Assembly (NCBI GenBank): GCA_973895155.1
Contig: OZ316891.1
Coordinates: 13,175,037-13,239,036, forward strand
Direction: 5' to 3'
Origin: Marsupella aquatica
Taxonomy: Eukaryota; Plantae; Marchantiophyta
Length of the DNA: 64,000 bases
Part shown: positions 41,553-52,514 of the stretch, piece after piece
How the letters are laid out: every line of letters starts with the position of its first letter
Position numbering within the stretch: the first letter of the stretch is position 1
Notes under the pieces: generated by a model
Database searches by the model: none
Told to the model about the DNA's origin: nothing
Seen by the model: only the letters and a program-made list of their open reading frames with translations
Translations under genes and position numbers: made by a program

Positions 41553-42425
41553 TCACTCTGATTCAGAATCGCTAATAACCCCTTCCTCACTTGTTGTCAC
41601 ATAGTTTTCACTGTGAGGATCCTGACCCTTCCGTGGCCAGGCCTCAAAAAGATCATAGTCCATTGGGTTTTGACGCTTCCCAGCTGCTACTGATTCCACA
41701 AGCCAAGCATATGAAACCACAAACACATTATGGGACATGACATAAAAGCGAATGTCACCCTTCCCAAACTTGCGGCAGGCTTTGGGATATGACTTAGTAA
41801 TGACATGAGTGGTGTCCTCTGTTATATTCTCCTCCACTATCCCACCTAGGTCAAGCACTGTGGACTTGTACACTTTGCACTTAACCTCTCCAATTCCCGC
41901 CTCCACAAAAACCATGCTCAGCCCTTTCAAAATGGGGGTTGGTTGCTTCATCTCCTCAGCCAACATACTCTTCAGCCTTCTTGAGCTTTGTCCTGTGTTG
42001 AGTACAGGTCCATATTGGACATCAGCAAGCCGTGCCTTTACTTCCCAGACTTCTTGTTCAGCCCAAGCTGATGCAGTAGCTTCTTCATCCTCCCACAATT
42101 CATATTGCTCAGTATCCTGTACAATCTGATGTGCTATGGAATCTGTGATCCAAGAGGCCTCAACTACTTTTAGGCCTCGCTCAGTAATTGCAGAATTCAT
42201 GTAGGACCATGACCACTTCTTTATCACTGATAGCCATGTCCCTGCAACAACATGTGTAGTCTCTGGAGTGATGTCCTGAAGTACAGTGCCATGGAGCTCA
42301 GAGAATCGTTTCTGTACAGTTGGCCAATGCACTTTGGTCAACCCATGCTGGCCATGGACCAAAATGGCTCTGACCCCTGTAAACACTGCTGGGTGGTCAA
42401 ACTTCCTACGTTTCCCAGGCTCCAT
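41553..42425 (-). CDS. CACTA cargo: tandem BRCT-domain protein (~290 aa)
   Basis: Two repeats carry BRCT hallmarks: VFTGV...HGTV...ETTHVVA...VVEASWITDSI...Y and ILKGL...LGGIV...DTTHVIT...VVSYAWLVESV...Y. There is an NLS-like KRRK at the N-terminus and an acidic Ser-rich C-terminus. First ATG at 42425. Confidence 0.82.
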   Translation of the reverse strand: MEPGKRRKFDHPAVFTGVRAILVHGQHGLTKVHWPTVQKRFSELHGTVLQDITPETTHVVAGTWLSVIKKWSWSYMNSAITERGLKVVEASWITDSIAHQIVQDTEQYELWEDEEATASAWAEQEVWEVKARLADVQYGPVLNTGQSSRRLKSMLAEEMKQPTPILKGLSMVFVEAGIGEVKCKVYKSTVLDLGGIVEENITEDTTHVITKSYPKACRKFGKGDIRFYVMSHNVFVVSYAWLVESVAAGKRQNPMDYDLFEAWPRKGQDPHSENYVTTSEEGVISDSESE

Positions 42426-43009
42426 GTACACACACCCTATGTGATGAGAGTGAATATTGGAAGAATGGGTTCACCTGCCAATAGAAGGACACCAAAATTC
42501 CTGCTTTTTAAGTTGATCCGGTCCACTGTTGCTCAAGTCCAATTTTGATAGGTACAGGGGATATGTGAACAATAAGTACTAGACCTACACCGATGTAGGA
42601 CATTGTTTGAGTATATACTAGGAAATCCATATCAAAGGTGAAATGAAGTGCAACCAACTTGTCATGGCCGCACATACATATTTTTTTGTAAAGGAGGATA
42701 CATTCAATGACAAACTTATAGGGCAATTTGATTAATTGCATGCCTGATGCTTACAACTTTGAAGTCCTGTTTTAATTTAGCAGTCTGATGAGAGTGTTTG
42801 TGAAAATGACCACTCAGTCTAAATACTTCCAAGAAGGCTTGTAAGGATAAGTTTTTATAGGCATGTACCCAGCCAATAACGCCAGGGCACAGGATAAGTG
42901 CTCCCTGTATAAACTCGCCTACCCAAGTCCTGTTCAAAATTGGAATCTCTGCAATCTCCAAAAATAGTACATCCACATTAGGTGCCCTATGCATGTACAA
43001 TGTTCAGCT

Positions 43010-43690
43010 TCACAGCCAAGATATGTGATCTCTCACAGGAGTGCGCGAGGTAGGATCAATGGCATGGCGATGACAATAAAATATCCATCGATCAACACCA
43101 TGTGCAGAGTGATCATAGATTTCCCTGTCACAAGCATAACCCTGTGCTTGACAATCTTTCAAGCAATGATAGTGCCACATAGTGGGACACCTAGCACAGT
43201 GGACTATGTCAGCCCAGTACTCATCATCATGCTCACAACATGCCTTGCACCTATGAAGTGGGCAAGCTATGGCATGAGCAGGCAAACACTCAAAACATAA
43301 AAACCTTACACAAAAACGGTCTGGACATTTCCTAACATTCGGTGCAGCATCAACAGAGCCCTCATAGGACCCCAACTTCCCACACTGTGCACACTTAGCC
43401 TGCTTCTCCAAACAATCAGTGCACATCCAGTCTCCCTGGTGTGTTGACGGGAGGCCCACCCCTGGACAGTTGTTTTCTGCAGCAAGGTCAGACTCCGGGT
43501 TGAGGTGGAAATGCCTCATGCAAGGGCCCTCACAGATGACCAAGCTCCCACCATCGTCACAAATGGCACAACAATGAGCTGCCTTCTGGAAAATCTGACT
43601 TGCAGAGAAGTTAGTAACATGTGGCCCAGGTACACCTGTGTTGCTCACCTCTATCACATGCTTTTTCGCTGGAATTTTGGGGCGTGCCAT
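43010..43690 (-). CDS. CACTA cargo: EDM2-type atypical PHD-finger protein (226 aa) with an H3-tail-like N-terminus
   Basis: CAICDDGGSLVICEGPCMRHFH...WMCTDC...CAQCGKLGS...ACPLHRCKAC...CARCPTMWHYHCL...IFYCHRHAIDPTSRTPVRDHI follows the Cys/His spacing and TPVRDH ending of the EDM2/NSD-type PHD array, as recalled. The first ATG (43690) follows a pyrimidine-rich tag| acceptor. Confidence 0.85.
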   Translation of the reverse strand: MARPKIPAKKHVIEVSNTGVPGPHVTNFSASQIFQKAAHCCAICDDGGSLVICEGPCMRHFHLNPESDLAAENNCPGVGLPSTHQGDWMCTDCLEKQAKCAQCGKLGSYEGSVDAAPNVRKCPDRFCVRFLCFECLPAHAIACPLHRCKACCEHDDEYWADIVHCARCPTMWHYHCLKDCQAQGYACDREIYDHSAHGVDRWIFYCHRHAIDPTSRTPVRDHISWL

Positions 43691-44441
43691 ACCTACGCAT
43701 GAGACAGACAGTACAATTAAGTAGACGGTACAGGCAATACATTTTGGCAGACTGTACAGACAATGTATTTTAGCAGACTTCACAGAAAGTAAAATTTAGC
43801 ATTTAAGGTACAAAGGCATTAACTACTGCAATGAATTGCAATGCCCACACAAGGATGCAGAGCAAACATACTTTTGGTTTGTTGAGCCCACACACAAAAC
43901 TGAACCCCTAGTACAATTGCTCCACCAACACCTCAAATTCGTGGATGTGATTCACCAAAAAAGATCTCCAACAACATTTCATGCATTTGAATCACATACA
44001 ATAGTCATCACATGAAAAATAGGCATTTTTCCAACAAGATTGGGATCAAGCAGTGTGATGAGGGTTGTACTTTATACATCCTATATAGGCTATGATAGTG
44101 AGACAAATAAGTCATACGTGTAAGGGAAGGGATGTTTGCAGGTTATCGCATGGCCCATTAATTCTGTCATAGAATGTTACAATGTTGGCCAAGTTAAAGT
44201 AGACATTAAAGCAGTCTTTGAATGGAGAATTTAAAGAGAGCTTGCCTAATTCTTACATTAGAATATTCCACTTAGTGCAGCCAAAATAGGATAAGTTATA
44301 TACTCTGGACCCTAAACACTTTACCCAAAATTGCTCATACTTCAAAATTTTAAATTAATATCCTCGGTGCTTAAGTCAGAGCATTAAGTGTGAGGTCATT
44401 CCACTCTGGTCTGTGCATACGGGGTGACAAACTGTGCTCCT

Positions 44442-45194
44442 CTACAGCGTGTGATCCAAACATGTGTAGACACCAAAAGCACCAGCCCTGGGGAATCACT
44501 TAGAGTAAAACCCCTAAAACACGTGAGAACAAACCAATGAAATTTGAAAAATAAATTAAAAAATAAATTCAATTAAAATTACCCTTGTACCCTTAATTAT
44601 ATGGCTTTGACACATTTTTAAATACCTTACTGAATATAAAAACTAATATTTTTTCCAAAATTGGATTTTTAAACGCCTTTACTACAAATTTTTGATTATA
44701 ATTATTATGCCAACAAGATTAAAAAGAACCTTCATTTGTTCGCACCCCGTTCTAATAATCCAACGAGTGATTCCCCAGGGAGCACCAGTGGTGGGGTCTG
44801 GGAGGCCAGGACAAGTGACATCGCCAGGCACACTGCAAGATGGTGAGTGGTTCCAGATGATACATTGTGCTCTATGCAAAAATCGACATCCAAGAGAACG
44901 GTCATCCAACTCTGGCCAAGATGCCCGACAGGCAGGACAGTCATATTGGCAACTGTGTACACACCCTTGGGCCCTAATTTGTGGCGGGTCATGTACGAGA
45001 GACAAAAATACCAAGGATGTTGTGAAGGGTGGAGAAGTAGGTACAGGCTGGCTGTAGTTATTCTTGGCAACAACAGGGTACTCAAAGTACCATGCAGACT
45101 GGGCAGGAAGGATCCCAAGTCTGACATACTCAAGGCGCAACCTCTCTGCCTTGCGTGCAAGCCACACATGTTCAGCATTGTGGGTGCTCACCAT
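44442..45194 (-). pseudogene. Possible fourth CACTA cargo ORF, Cys/His-rich, interrupted by the MITE
   Basis: The ORF from ATG 45194 has clustered Cys/His (GCVHSCQYDCPAC...GCRFLHRAQC..WNHSPSC...TC). Removing the MITE and one TSD continues the frame as ...TTGAFGVYTCLDHTL*. No family recognised. Confidence 0.4.
44486..44780. mobile_element. 295-bp MITE with 15-bp TIRs and an 8-bp TSD, nested in the CACTA
   Basis: TIRs CCCTGGGGAATCACT (44486-44500) and AGTGATTCCCCAGGG (44766-44780). TSD AGCACCAG at 44478-44485 and 44781-44788. The interior is AT-rich. Confidence 0.9.
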
Positions 45195-48100
45195 AACTGT
45201 TGCTTTTGTTCAGATGTCTTGTGTTCACGTCCTCCAACGTCCTTCGATCAGCAAGGTCAGTAGGAGCTATAATTGCCTCTCCAACAACAACCAGAAGAGA
45301 GACTAATCAGTTCCCACTCACTGTGTCATTCCCTTGGTTCCAACTAGAGGTCATAGTATAAACATAGCATGAAACACTCCTAATGAACAATGTTGCAAAC
45401 TACAATATCCAGAAAGACTGAAAATCTCACCCTGCAGTGAGCAGCAGAGAGGTAGTTCACTGCTTGCAAGAGTGAACTGAGCAGGAGTGTAGGCAAACTG
45501 GCATTCAGTTGGCACAACTATATTGTGCATCAGCACAAAAGCTCTTATAAACATGATATGCATGAAACTCGTCGATAAAATAGAAGGAAACTAAAGAGTG
45601 GATGCAAAACAAAGTAAATTACAGCACAGGTTGGCACAGGAAGTGGCCCGCAGCACTCAGTCAAACTTCATAACCAAAGTACAGACTGTGTTCACAATAA
45701 GGAGCTTCCTAAAAAAGAGGCCACCAAAAGGGGGTCGCAGAAAGGTCACTTGACAAAATGAAGATGGGAATGAAAAAACTGCCTCCAAGCTCAATACATG
45801 TGACCAAATATATATTCAAAGAGGATCCCCAACAGAGCAGAAGACAGTATGATCCCAATTACTATGTTCTATCCATAACTACATGATCTGAAAAATGTTA
45901 TGAGCAGACACGAAGAAGCCAGCAAAACAGAGGAAACAGAGCAAAACAGAGCATGGATCGAGAAAATGAACAACATCTAGTTCTTACGCAAGAAACTCAA
46001 TGACAGCAAACAAATTCACTAGCCCCAGGAAGTGAAAAGCAAATGAGTACCAAGCCAACCAACTAAGACTGACTATGAAATGCAATGAAACCTGAGTGAA
46101 ACAATTGTTCACACATGCACGGGACATTGGAGGTTGAATACAACAGTCACCGCCAAGAATGTATGCATGAAACAGACATGAAGATATCGAATATGTATAT
46201 GCATTCCAGACTTTCATGCCAGACAGTGGCGAAAGTTAAAATGAACTAGTTTTAACTTTATGACTCTCAGAATGAAAATATTTTATTTCAGAATTATATT
46301 CTATTTCAGAATTGGTTCAACTCTGTGGATTGTGAACTGTCCCACTTGGAATTCAACTATTTGGGCTATCTAAGAATGCAGTTCAAAGGACATATAGTGC
46401 AAGACAGTTAGAGATCATGTCTTCATTCCGACGTCCAATTGGACATTTTATGTCACAAACTGCGCAAGCAATGAAGTCCATGGAATTCTCTCAAAAATGC
46501 AGCTTTTGTTGTTGGTAAAAGCAACTACGAGTTTCCTATTGAGTGCCCCCGACGCACAATACTACCAGAGGCCCACTTTAGACTGCGATGGCTATCATTA
46601 CTTATTGGGAACTCGGATGCATATATATTGAAATGCTTCGCAGAGTGTTTCGACCACAAAAAACCTAACATCAATCTCAACATTCAGTCCCGTCTCAGAA
46701 TTGATTTAGAGGAGGCTTAGCATTCAGTACAGTGTCAACAATCAGTCTTGTCTTCACATTCAACATCCGATTGCAAGGGGCTTCGATGAAAGCACAAGAT
46801 AGAGCTATACAAGAAGAGATAGAGGAAGGCACCTGTGTGTTCGGAGAAAATATGAAGCTCCAAAGACCACCCTAAACTCTCCAAGATGTAGGGTCGATGT
46901 AGGTTGCAGGTAGAAGCTCACAAGCCAAATATTGGGCAAATGTGGGCTCCAACTATACTGTAGTGTGTCGTGGCTTTGCTCTTGCCTCCTATAGCTTAGA
47001 ATGGGCCGGGGTTACCAAACAACTGTTATTCTATTGAAATTGGCTACCGAGAACTCTTGTCTTTCTGCACTCAAACAACACCAAAATGAAGTCTTAGTAC
47101 CAGTGAGACCAAGAACACAAAAGGAAGGGGCACATTCAAAGACAAAGTGATTCATACCACATTCAAAGACAAAGCGGAAAGAATTGGAAAAACCAGAGTG
47201 AAAGAATTGCGAATGAATATCTGTTCACACTGTATGCACAGGATCTTACATTTAGGGTGACTCTATTTGCAAAAGCCATAAAACAGAGAAACAGAGAAAC
47301 AGAGACCAGAAAACAGAGAAACAAATTAAGCATGCATCGCTAAAACGTAAAAACTTCATAGTGTATCATTTCTCTAAACAAAGGGCCACATACTCTGGTC
47401 TCTACAGAGAAAGCAAATCCACCTACGATGAGAAGATTGGTACAGAACAGGAGAGAAAAGGGAGACCAGAACAAATATTTAAAATCAGAACAAGAAGACT
47501 GGCAATTTAAGGAACCCCAGGGAGCCTATTGCATTTGAATCACATACAGGACCCTAGCATACTCATAGTGGGGCACTAGATACTGGGCAAACTCAAGGTA
47601 ATGGTCAGAATGAAACCAGAAAGGTCTTGAAGTTGCCAGGTCCCGCCTCGTTCCTCTCGCACTTTGCAGAAAACAAGATGCAAAAAACTAACCTATAGCT
47701 CCAACCGGCTGTAGTTGACTGAGCTGCAGCAAGTTGTGAAGACAGGTCGTCCCCAGCGGCACCTTGTCCCTGCCTTTAGCTCGTCCTTCACCGCAAGTCT
47801 TTGAGCTGCTCAACAAACACAGCAGCTCAGCACCACAACTAATAGATGGCTAAATAATGGGATCATGTGCAAAGGGAAATGAGCCATGAAGCGAAGGGAA
47901 GCGATCAGTTCCGGCACCCAACAGCTGAAATGACCTCACTGACAGTTGGCATCTATGCAGATAGATCGAGGTCTTGTCACTAAGTTAGACACAATTTATG
48001 GTGTGAGTGTGAGTGTGAGTGTGAGTGTGAGGTTCTAGAGAAGGCTAAAGGACCTCTGCAATGCAAAATGTGGTGCGAATGGAGCCGCGAGGTGAACAAT

Positions 48101-48852
48101 AAGTTGGTGATAAAACCGGGCAGCATACATAACACCAGACCAAAGACGCAAATGACCAAACCGAAAGACGCTTTCACCAACAATGCATATTCAGGACATG
48201 AGTGAATGGAAAGAAGCAAGAGAGATACAAGGATTACAAAAAAAGACTAGGCCCTCGTCTGTCCAGACTTCTGTAGGACTCCACTAACTCCATTGTCCTT
48301 CTCAGATCCCCAAGAAGTCCATGAAGCAACGAAGAACCTGGGCAATGTGACTTAAGGACAGTAGCAACAGTACATACACATAATAATGAAAGGCTGGTTT
48401 GGGGCAGCACAAGCAAGCAATGCGACCCCCTTTCACTCACCGTCCCACGACCAATGATAACGGATGAAAAACTGAACCTGAAATGTAGGTCGCGCGTTCG
48501 ACCTGAAAGTGGTCAGCTCCAAGGCTACCTACCTACCCCTTCGTTGCTCCGCAGCTGAGCTCAATGAAGTATAGAAAGTGGGTGAGGATCCCGTCCTAGT
48601 TCAGCTCCTGTGCCCTCATGGCATTTGAAACAAAAAGAGCCAAAACCAATGCAGAACCTCAGTAGGATGAACGACTCCCCGACAGAGACTAACTGTCCCT
48701 TCTCTCTGGCAGCTCACAAATCCACAATTGCAATGGTTCTGCTCAGTCAGCCAAGAACACCCTAAAATCTATGAAAACAACGGGCGACAGAGGAGTTTGT
48801 AAGTGATTCTCACTTGAAATTCCGCCAGCTGAATCTTCCTTTTTAGAAGGTC

Positions 48853-49420
48853 TGCTAACTCCGCAGAATGACTCTCGGATGATTAGAGCAATGTAAGTGG
48901 CAGAGCTCACTCCCTCTGAATGTCTCTACTCATCGAAGAGTAGAGCTCCTCCCACCTTCGACCTCCCCAACTCCCCAAAGGTCAGTGGCATATGCGCAGT
49001 CACCTCCTTCGCACACCGCAATTGACCGAGAATCCCTCCTCCTAAAGCGCACAATGTTATGCCCAAGTGCGATCAGGTGGCAGAGTCGACAACAAATTGA
49101 GAAAGAGTAACTCGGGAGCGAAGTGATTCAGAGCAGGTGGCTCTTGCTAACTCCGCAGAATGACTAGTAGATGATTAGGGCAGCGTAAGGGCAGAGCTCA
49201 CTCCATCTGAATGTCTCTACTCATCATCGAGTAAAGCTTGTCCCACCTTCGACCTCCCCAACTCCCCAAAGGTCAGTGGCATCTGCGCAAACGAAGCGGG
49301 AGCACACCGCAATCGGTTCAATTCCCTCCTCCGAAAGCGCAAAATGTGATGCCCGAGCACGATCAGGTGGCAGAATCAACAGCAGCGAAGTCTTCGAGCA
49401 GGTGGCTCTTGCTTTTCCCT
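48853..49420. repeat. ~293-bp diverged tandem duplication in the CACTA 5' non-coding region
   Basis: tgctaactccgcagaatgact...cccaccttcgacctccccaactccccaaaggtcagtggca...gatcaggtggcaga occurs at about 48853 and about 49146. Confidence 0.85.
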
Positions 49421-52400
49421 CGCAAAAACTAGCAGTCGACACTAAACTGCACACCAGCAGTCACTCCTTGGATCCCTTCCCGTTGATCGGCATTTTTACC
49501 CTAACAAAAGTTCACACATGTTAGACGTCACTTAACACTTAGCACAAAACGGTCAGTAAGACCTAGTAAGTGTGCATGAGATTTTGTTTGTGGCCCTTTT
49601 AGTTTGGTGATTTGGGTATTGGTTATAAAAACACCCAATGTCACCGGGAGTAAGACAACACCCACCCTTATACAAGAATGCCTAAATTTGATTAAACCTT
49701 ACAATACCCATTTGATCACAATTAATTAAATAATGAGACCACATATTTAGCGAGCAGGCCTAGGTAGCATAGGGTACTTTAGGGCCGGGCCCTCCATTGT
49801 GTGGCTGTTTGGCCTATAGGGTATAGGCCAGGAATACAGATCGACAGGTCGGAGTTTAGCTCCGGCCCAATTGTTCACTTCAAGGTTTAATTAGTTAATT
49901 AGGTCGGGCCCGGGTTACACCGTACGTCCATACCGTGCACCATAATATGTGTTGGCTATATAGTAACCGAACTCATCCTTATCCTTATTACAACCCTAAA
50001 CATACTAATAGGGATAAAAGAAGGTAAGTATGACCCCAAATTATGCCAAATCCAAATGGTAACATGACACATATTAGGTGCACAATATGTAATGGTCAGT
50101 TTAGTGACTAAAATGGCTTGCCTTCCTTCCCGCCCTTCCTAATTGGTCATAGGAATAAGACAGCGACCAAAAAGTGAACAGTTGTATATGTTTTGGAGTC
50201 TTATGTTGACTTAAGAATGACTCAGAAGTCGTATATAGTCACATAAATATGACTGAAGTGTGGGCTGCGCACAATGGTGGTCAAGCCTGTCATAAGTGGT
50301 CGGGTCACAAAACACCCCGGTTTCTACTAGTGACTGTAATTCACAAACAATCAATCAAAAATGGTAGAAACACGATTTCTCCTGGAATGTGTAAGCGAAA
50401 ACCATCAAAAAACTCAATTCCTCCACATTCAACCTTCCGTTTGATAAACCAAAAAGATCATCTCAATCAGATCAGTCTCCTCTATCTTTCAAGCATTCTC
50501 TTTTGTACAAGCACACACCAAGACCACTGGGAGTCTCAAACCCATTGTTACCCCCAGGTTGCAGAAATTTGATTTTACTTCATCACACACACATTCCTTG
50601 GATGAACATGGGGGTCCACGGATTAATTATTAAGTTCCAAACTAAGTATATAACTCAATAGAAAAGAGAGTCAATTTATTTCAATGCTTTTTAAGCTAAA
50701 TTTAAAGCTGCAATGCACCAAATCTGTACTTTGCCATCAAAGTCTACCCTTCATAACCTACTCCCTAGCAGAGTGAAGCCATAGGTAAACAAACTGATAA
50801 CAGAAAATTTGATATTTAGACTATGCTTGCATGGGGAGTCTGGGTATAAGGGGGCCTTCCTATGCATACGGGTGGGTCTTATCAAAGTGCTTTTGTGTTC
50901 GCCTTCTCTTGGAGCAAATCTCTTCCCTCCAAAAAGGACCATGTTGATTATAGCTCTCCAGTGCCTGAAAAGTTGTTGCTTGTCATTGTTCTCATGAAAT
51001 AGTGCTAGTGCCAGTCTCAAGAAAGAAAAGCTATATAGGATTGGTAGCTTAGAAGTCTTCACATGTGCTTGCAAACACTTATTGTTGCTACAAAGACAGA
51101 GTAGGAAAATTAACAACGGGCTCTTGAAACAAACAATTTGTGTTCAAAATGTACTTTGACTAGTTCAATTATCTTTAATCTTGATTGAGAGTCATTAGAT
51201 CTAAGAAAAATTCTCTTACTAGTCATCACATCTGAGAAAGTTTTTGTAGTTATCAATAGATTTGTGGTTCCAAACCTAGCCCAAACTTAGATTAGATATA
51301 GTCTGTTGGTGGTGAGGAGATCTCAATCTTTCACAATCACCACAAGACAGTGATGATATAGTGTCCAATTGAGTTCTTTGGTGAGGATGCTCATGACTGT
51401 GTAAGTATGAATAGCTTGACAGAGTAAGAGTGATCATGGTTCTCCAACAGAAGAGTCTACTTAGAAGGGTACTAAGCAAATCAATAACTATAAGGCCATG
51501 GAATTGAAGCTTGTAAGTACTCTTTACAGAGCCACCAACATTGGTTGCTGCTGATCTCTTGTTGAATTGTCATGGTAAAAATGGAAAGATTTGAGCATTA
51601 TGCCACCTAAGCATGACTCACGGTTTTGAGAGTTTGTAATGTATCTAAAGTTTGAAAAATGGGTATGAGTTTCTAGAGACCATGATTGAATGTCAAGTGT
51701 CAATATCTGATTGGCTCGACTAACTACCATAACTTGCATTACAAATGCTGAAATTATTTAACAATAATCAAAGATTTCCATAAAAGTAGTCCAACCTATA
51801 TTTCAGTTGGGTTCAGCAAAATGATGGATCAAATGTGAGCTGGAGATGGAATAAAAAATGCATGACATATATTTTTACGTCAAATAGGTCAATCGTTTAC
51901 AGTGAAGATAGATAATATTCATAGTTTCTTTATTAATAGCATATGAATATTTCTATTAGACTAGGATTGCACCAAATATCCTAAAATGTACACTAAGTTA
52001 ATTTGCCAAGGCCATGGATTGCTCAGTCTCTTCCACTAGATCGACTTGAATAGACCACTCTCACTACCGCTACCATTCCTCTTGTCATCTTGCTATCTCA
52101 GTGAATTCATGGAAGTTGACTCCGCTACATTTGTATGGGGAGGTTCTTCTAAATCAAAGTCAGTAGTACAATTATCCCACTTCACTACAAAAGGATAAGC
52201 CTTTAGTGTTAATTAAAGAATAATGTCATTTATTGGGAGAGTGAGTGTTAGAGGTGGTGTTTGATCTCTGGCCCTTGTTGTGGTCTTATCCATTATTTAT
52301 ATGCATGATCGGGTGCATGACTGGCAACTTGTTATTTCTGCTAATTAAAGAGCACAAGCAATGTCCTCACAAGGCTTTCTAGGTTCATGTGCAGTTTGAA

Positions 52401-52514
52401 AAGTGTATGAAGGACCTACTGATTATCCTTACTGAGATTTACTCTTTTGACACACTTCTTTATCTATATACTTTGTCACCGTACGTATTTTAGTTTGATT
52501 ATAACACTGCCATC

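Larger units (their letters stand above)
32363..50332 (-). mobile_element. Full-length CACTA (En/Spm) DNA transposon, 17,970 bp, carrying cargo ORFs
   Basis: The left TIR CACTAGTAGAAACCGGGGTGTTTTATGAC (32363-32391) matches the reverse complement of the right end (50304-50332) at 28/29 positions. The 3-bp TSD ACT lies at 32360-32362 and 50333-50335. Both ends have dense (A/G)TGAC(T/C) subterminal motifs, and the interior holds TnpD- and TnpA-like genes. Confidence 0.96.

Noticed and set aside
42716-43000. 94-aa ORF between the PHD and BRCT cargo genes
   Set aside because: No recognisable motif and it is short. It could be another cargo exon, but the sequence alone does not support it.
43691-43783. 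31-aa N-terminal extension of the PHD ORF in the supplied track
   Set aside because: It starts at a non-ATG codon and reads through what looks like an intron 3' end. ATG 43690 is preferred.
44682-44780. C-terminus of the 170-aa ORF (PWGITRW...IIIIKNL)
   Set aside because: It is derived from the inserted MITE, not from the original gene.
50700-52480. Possibly decayed coding or TE sequence right of the CACTA (also 10800-12800)
   Set aside because: No identifiable motif or termini could be established by eye.
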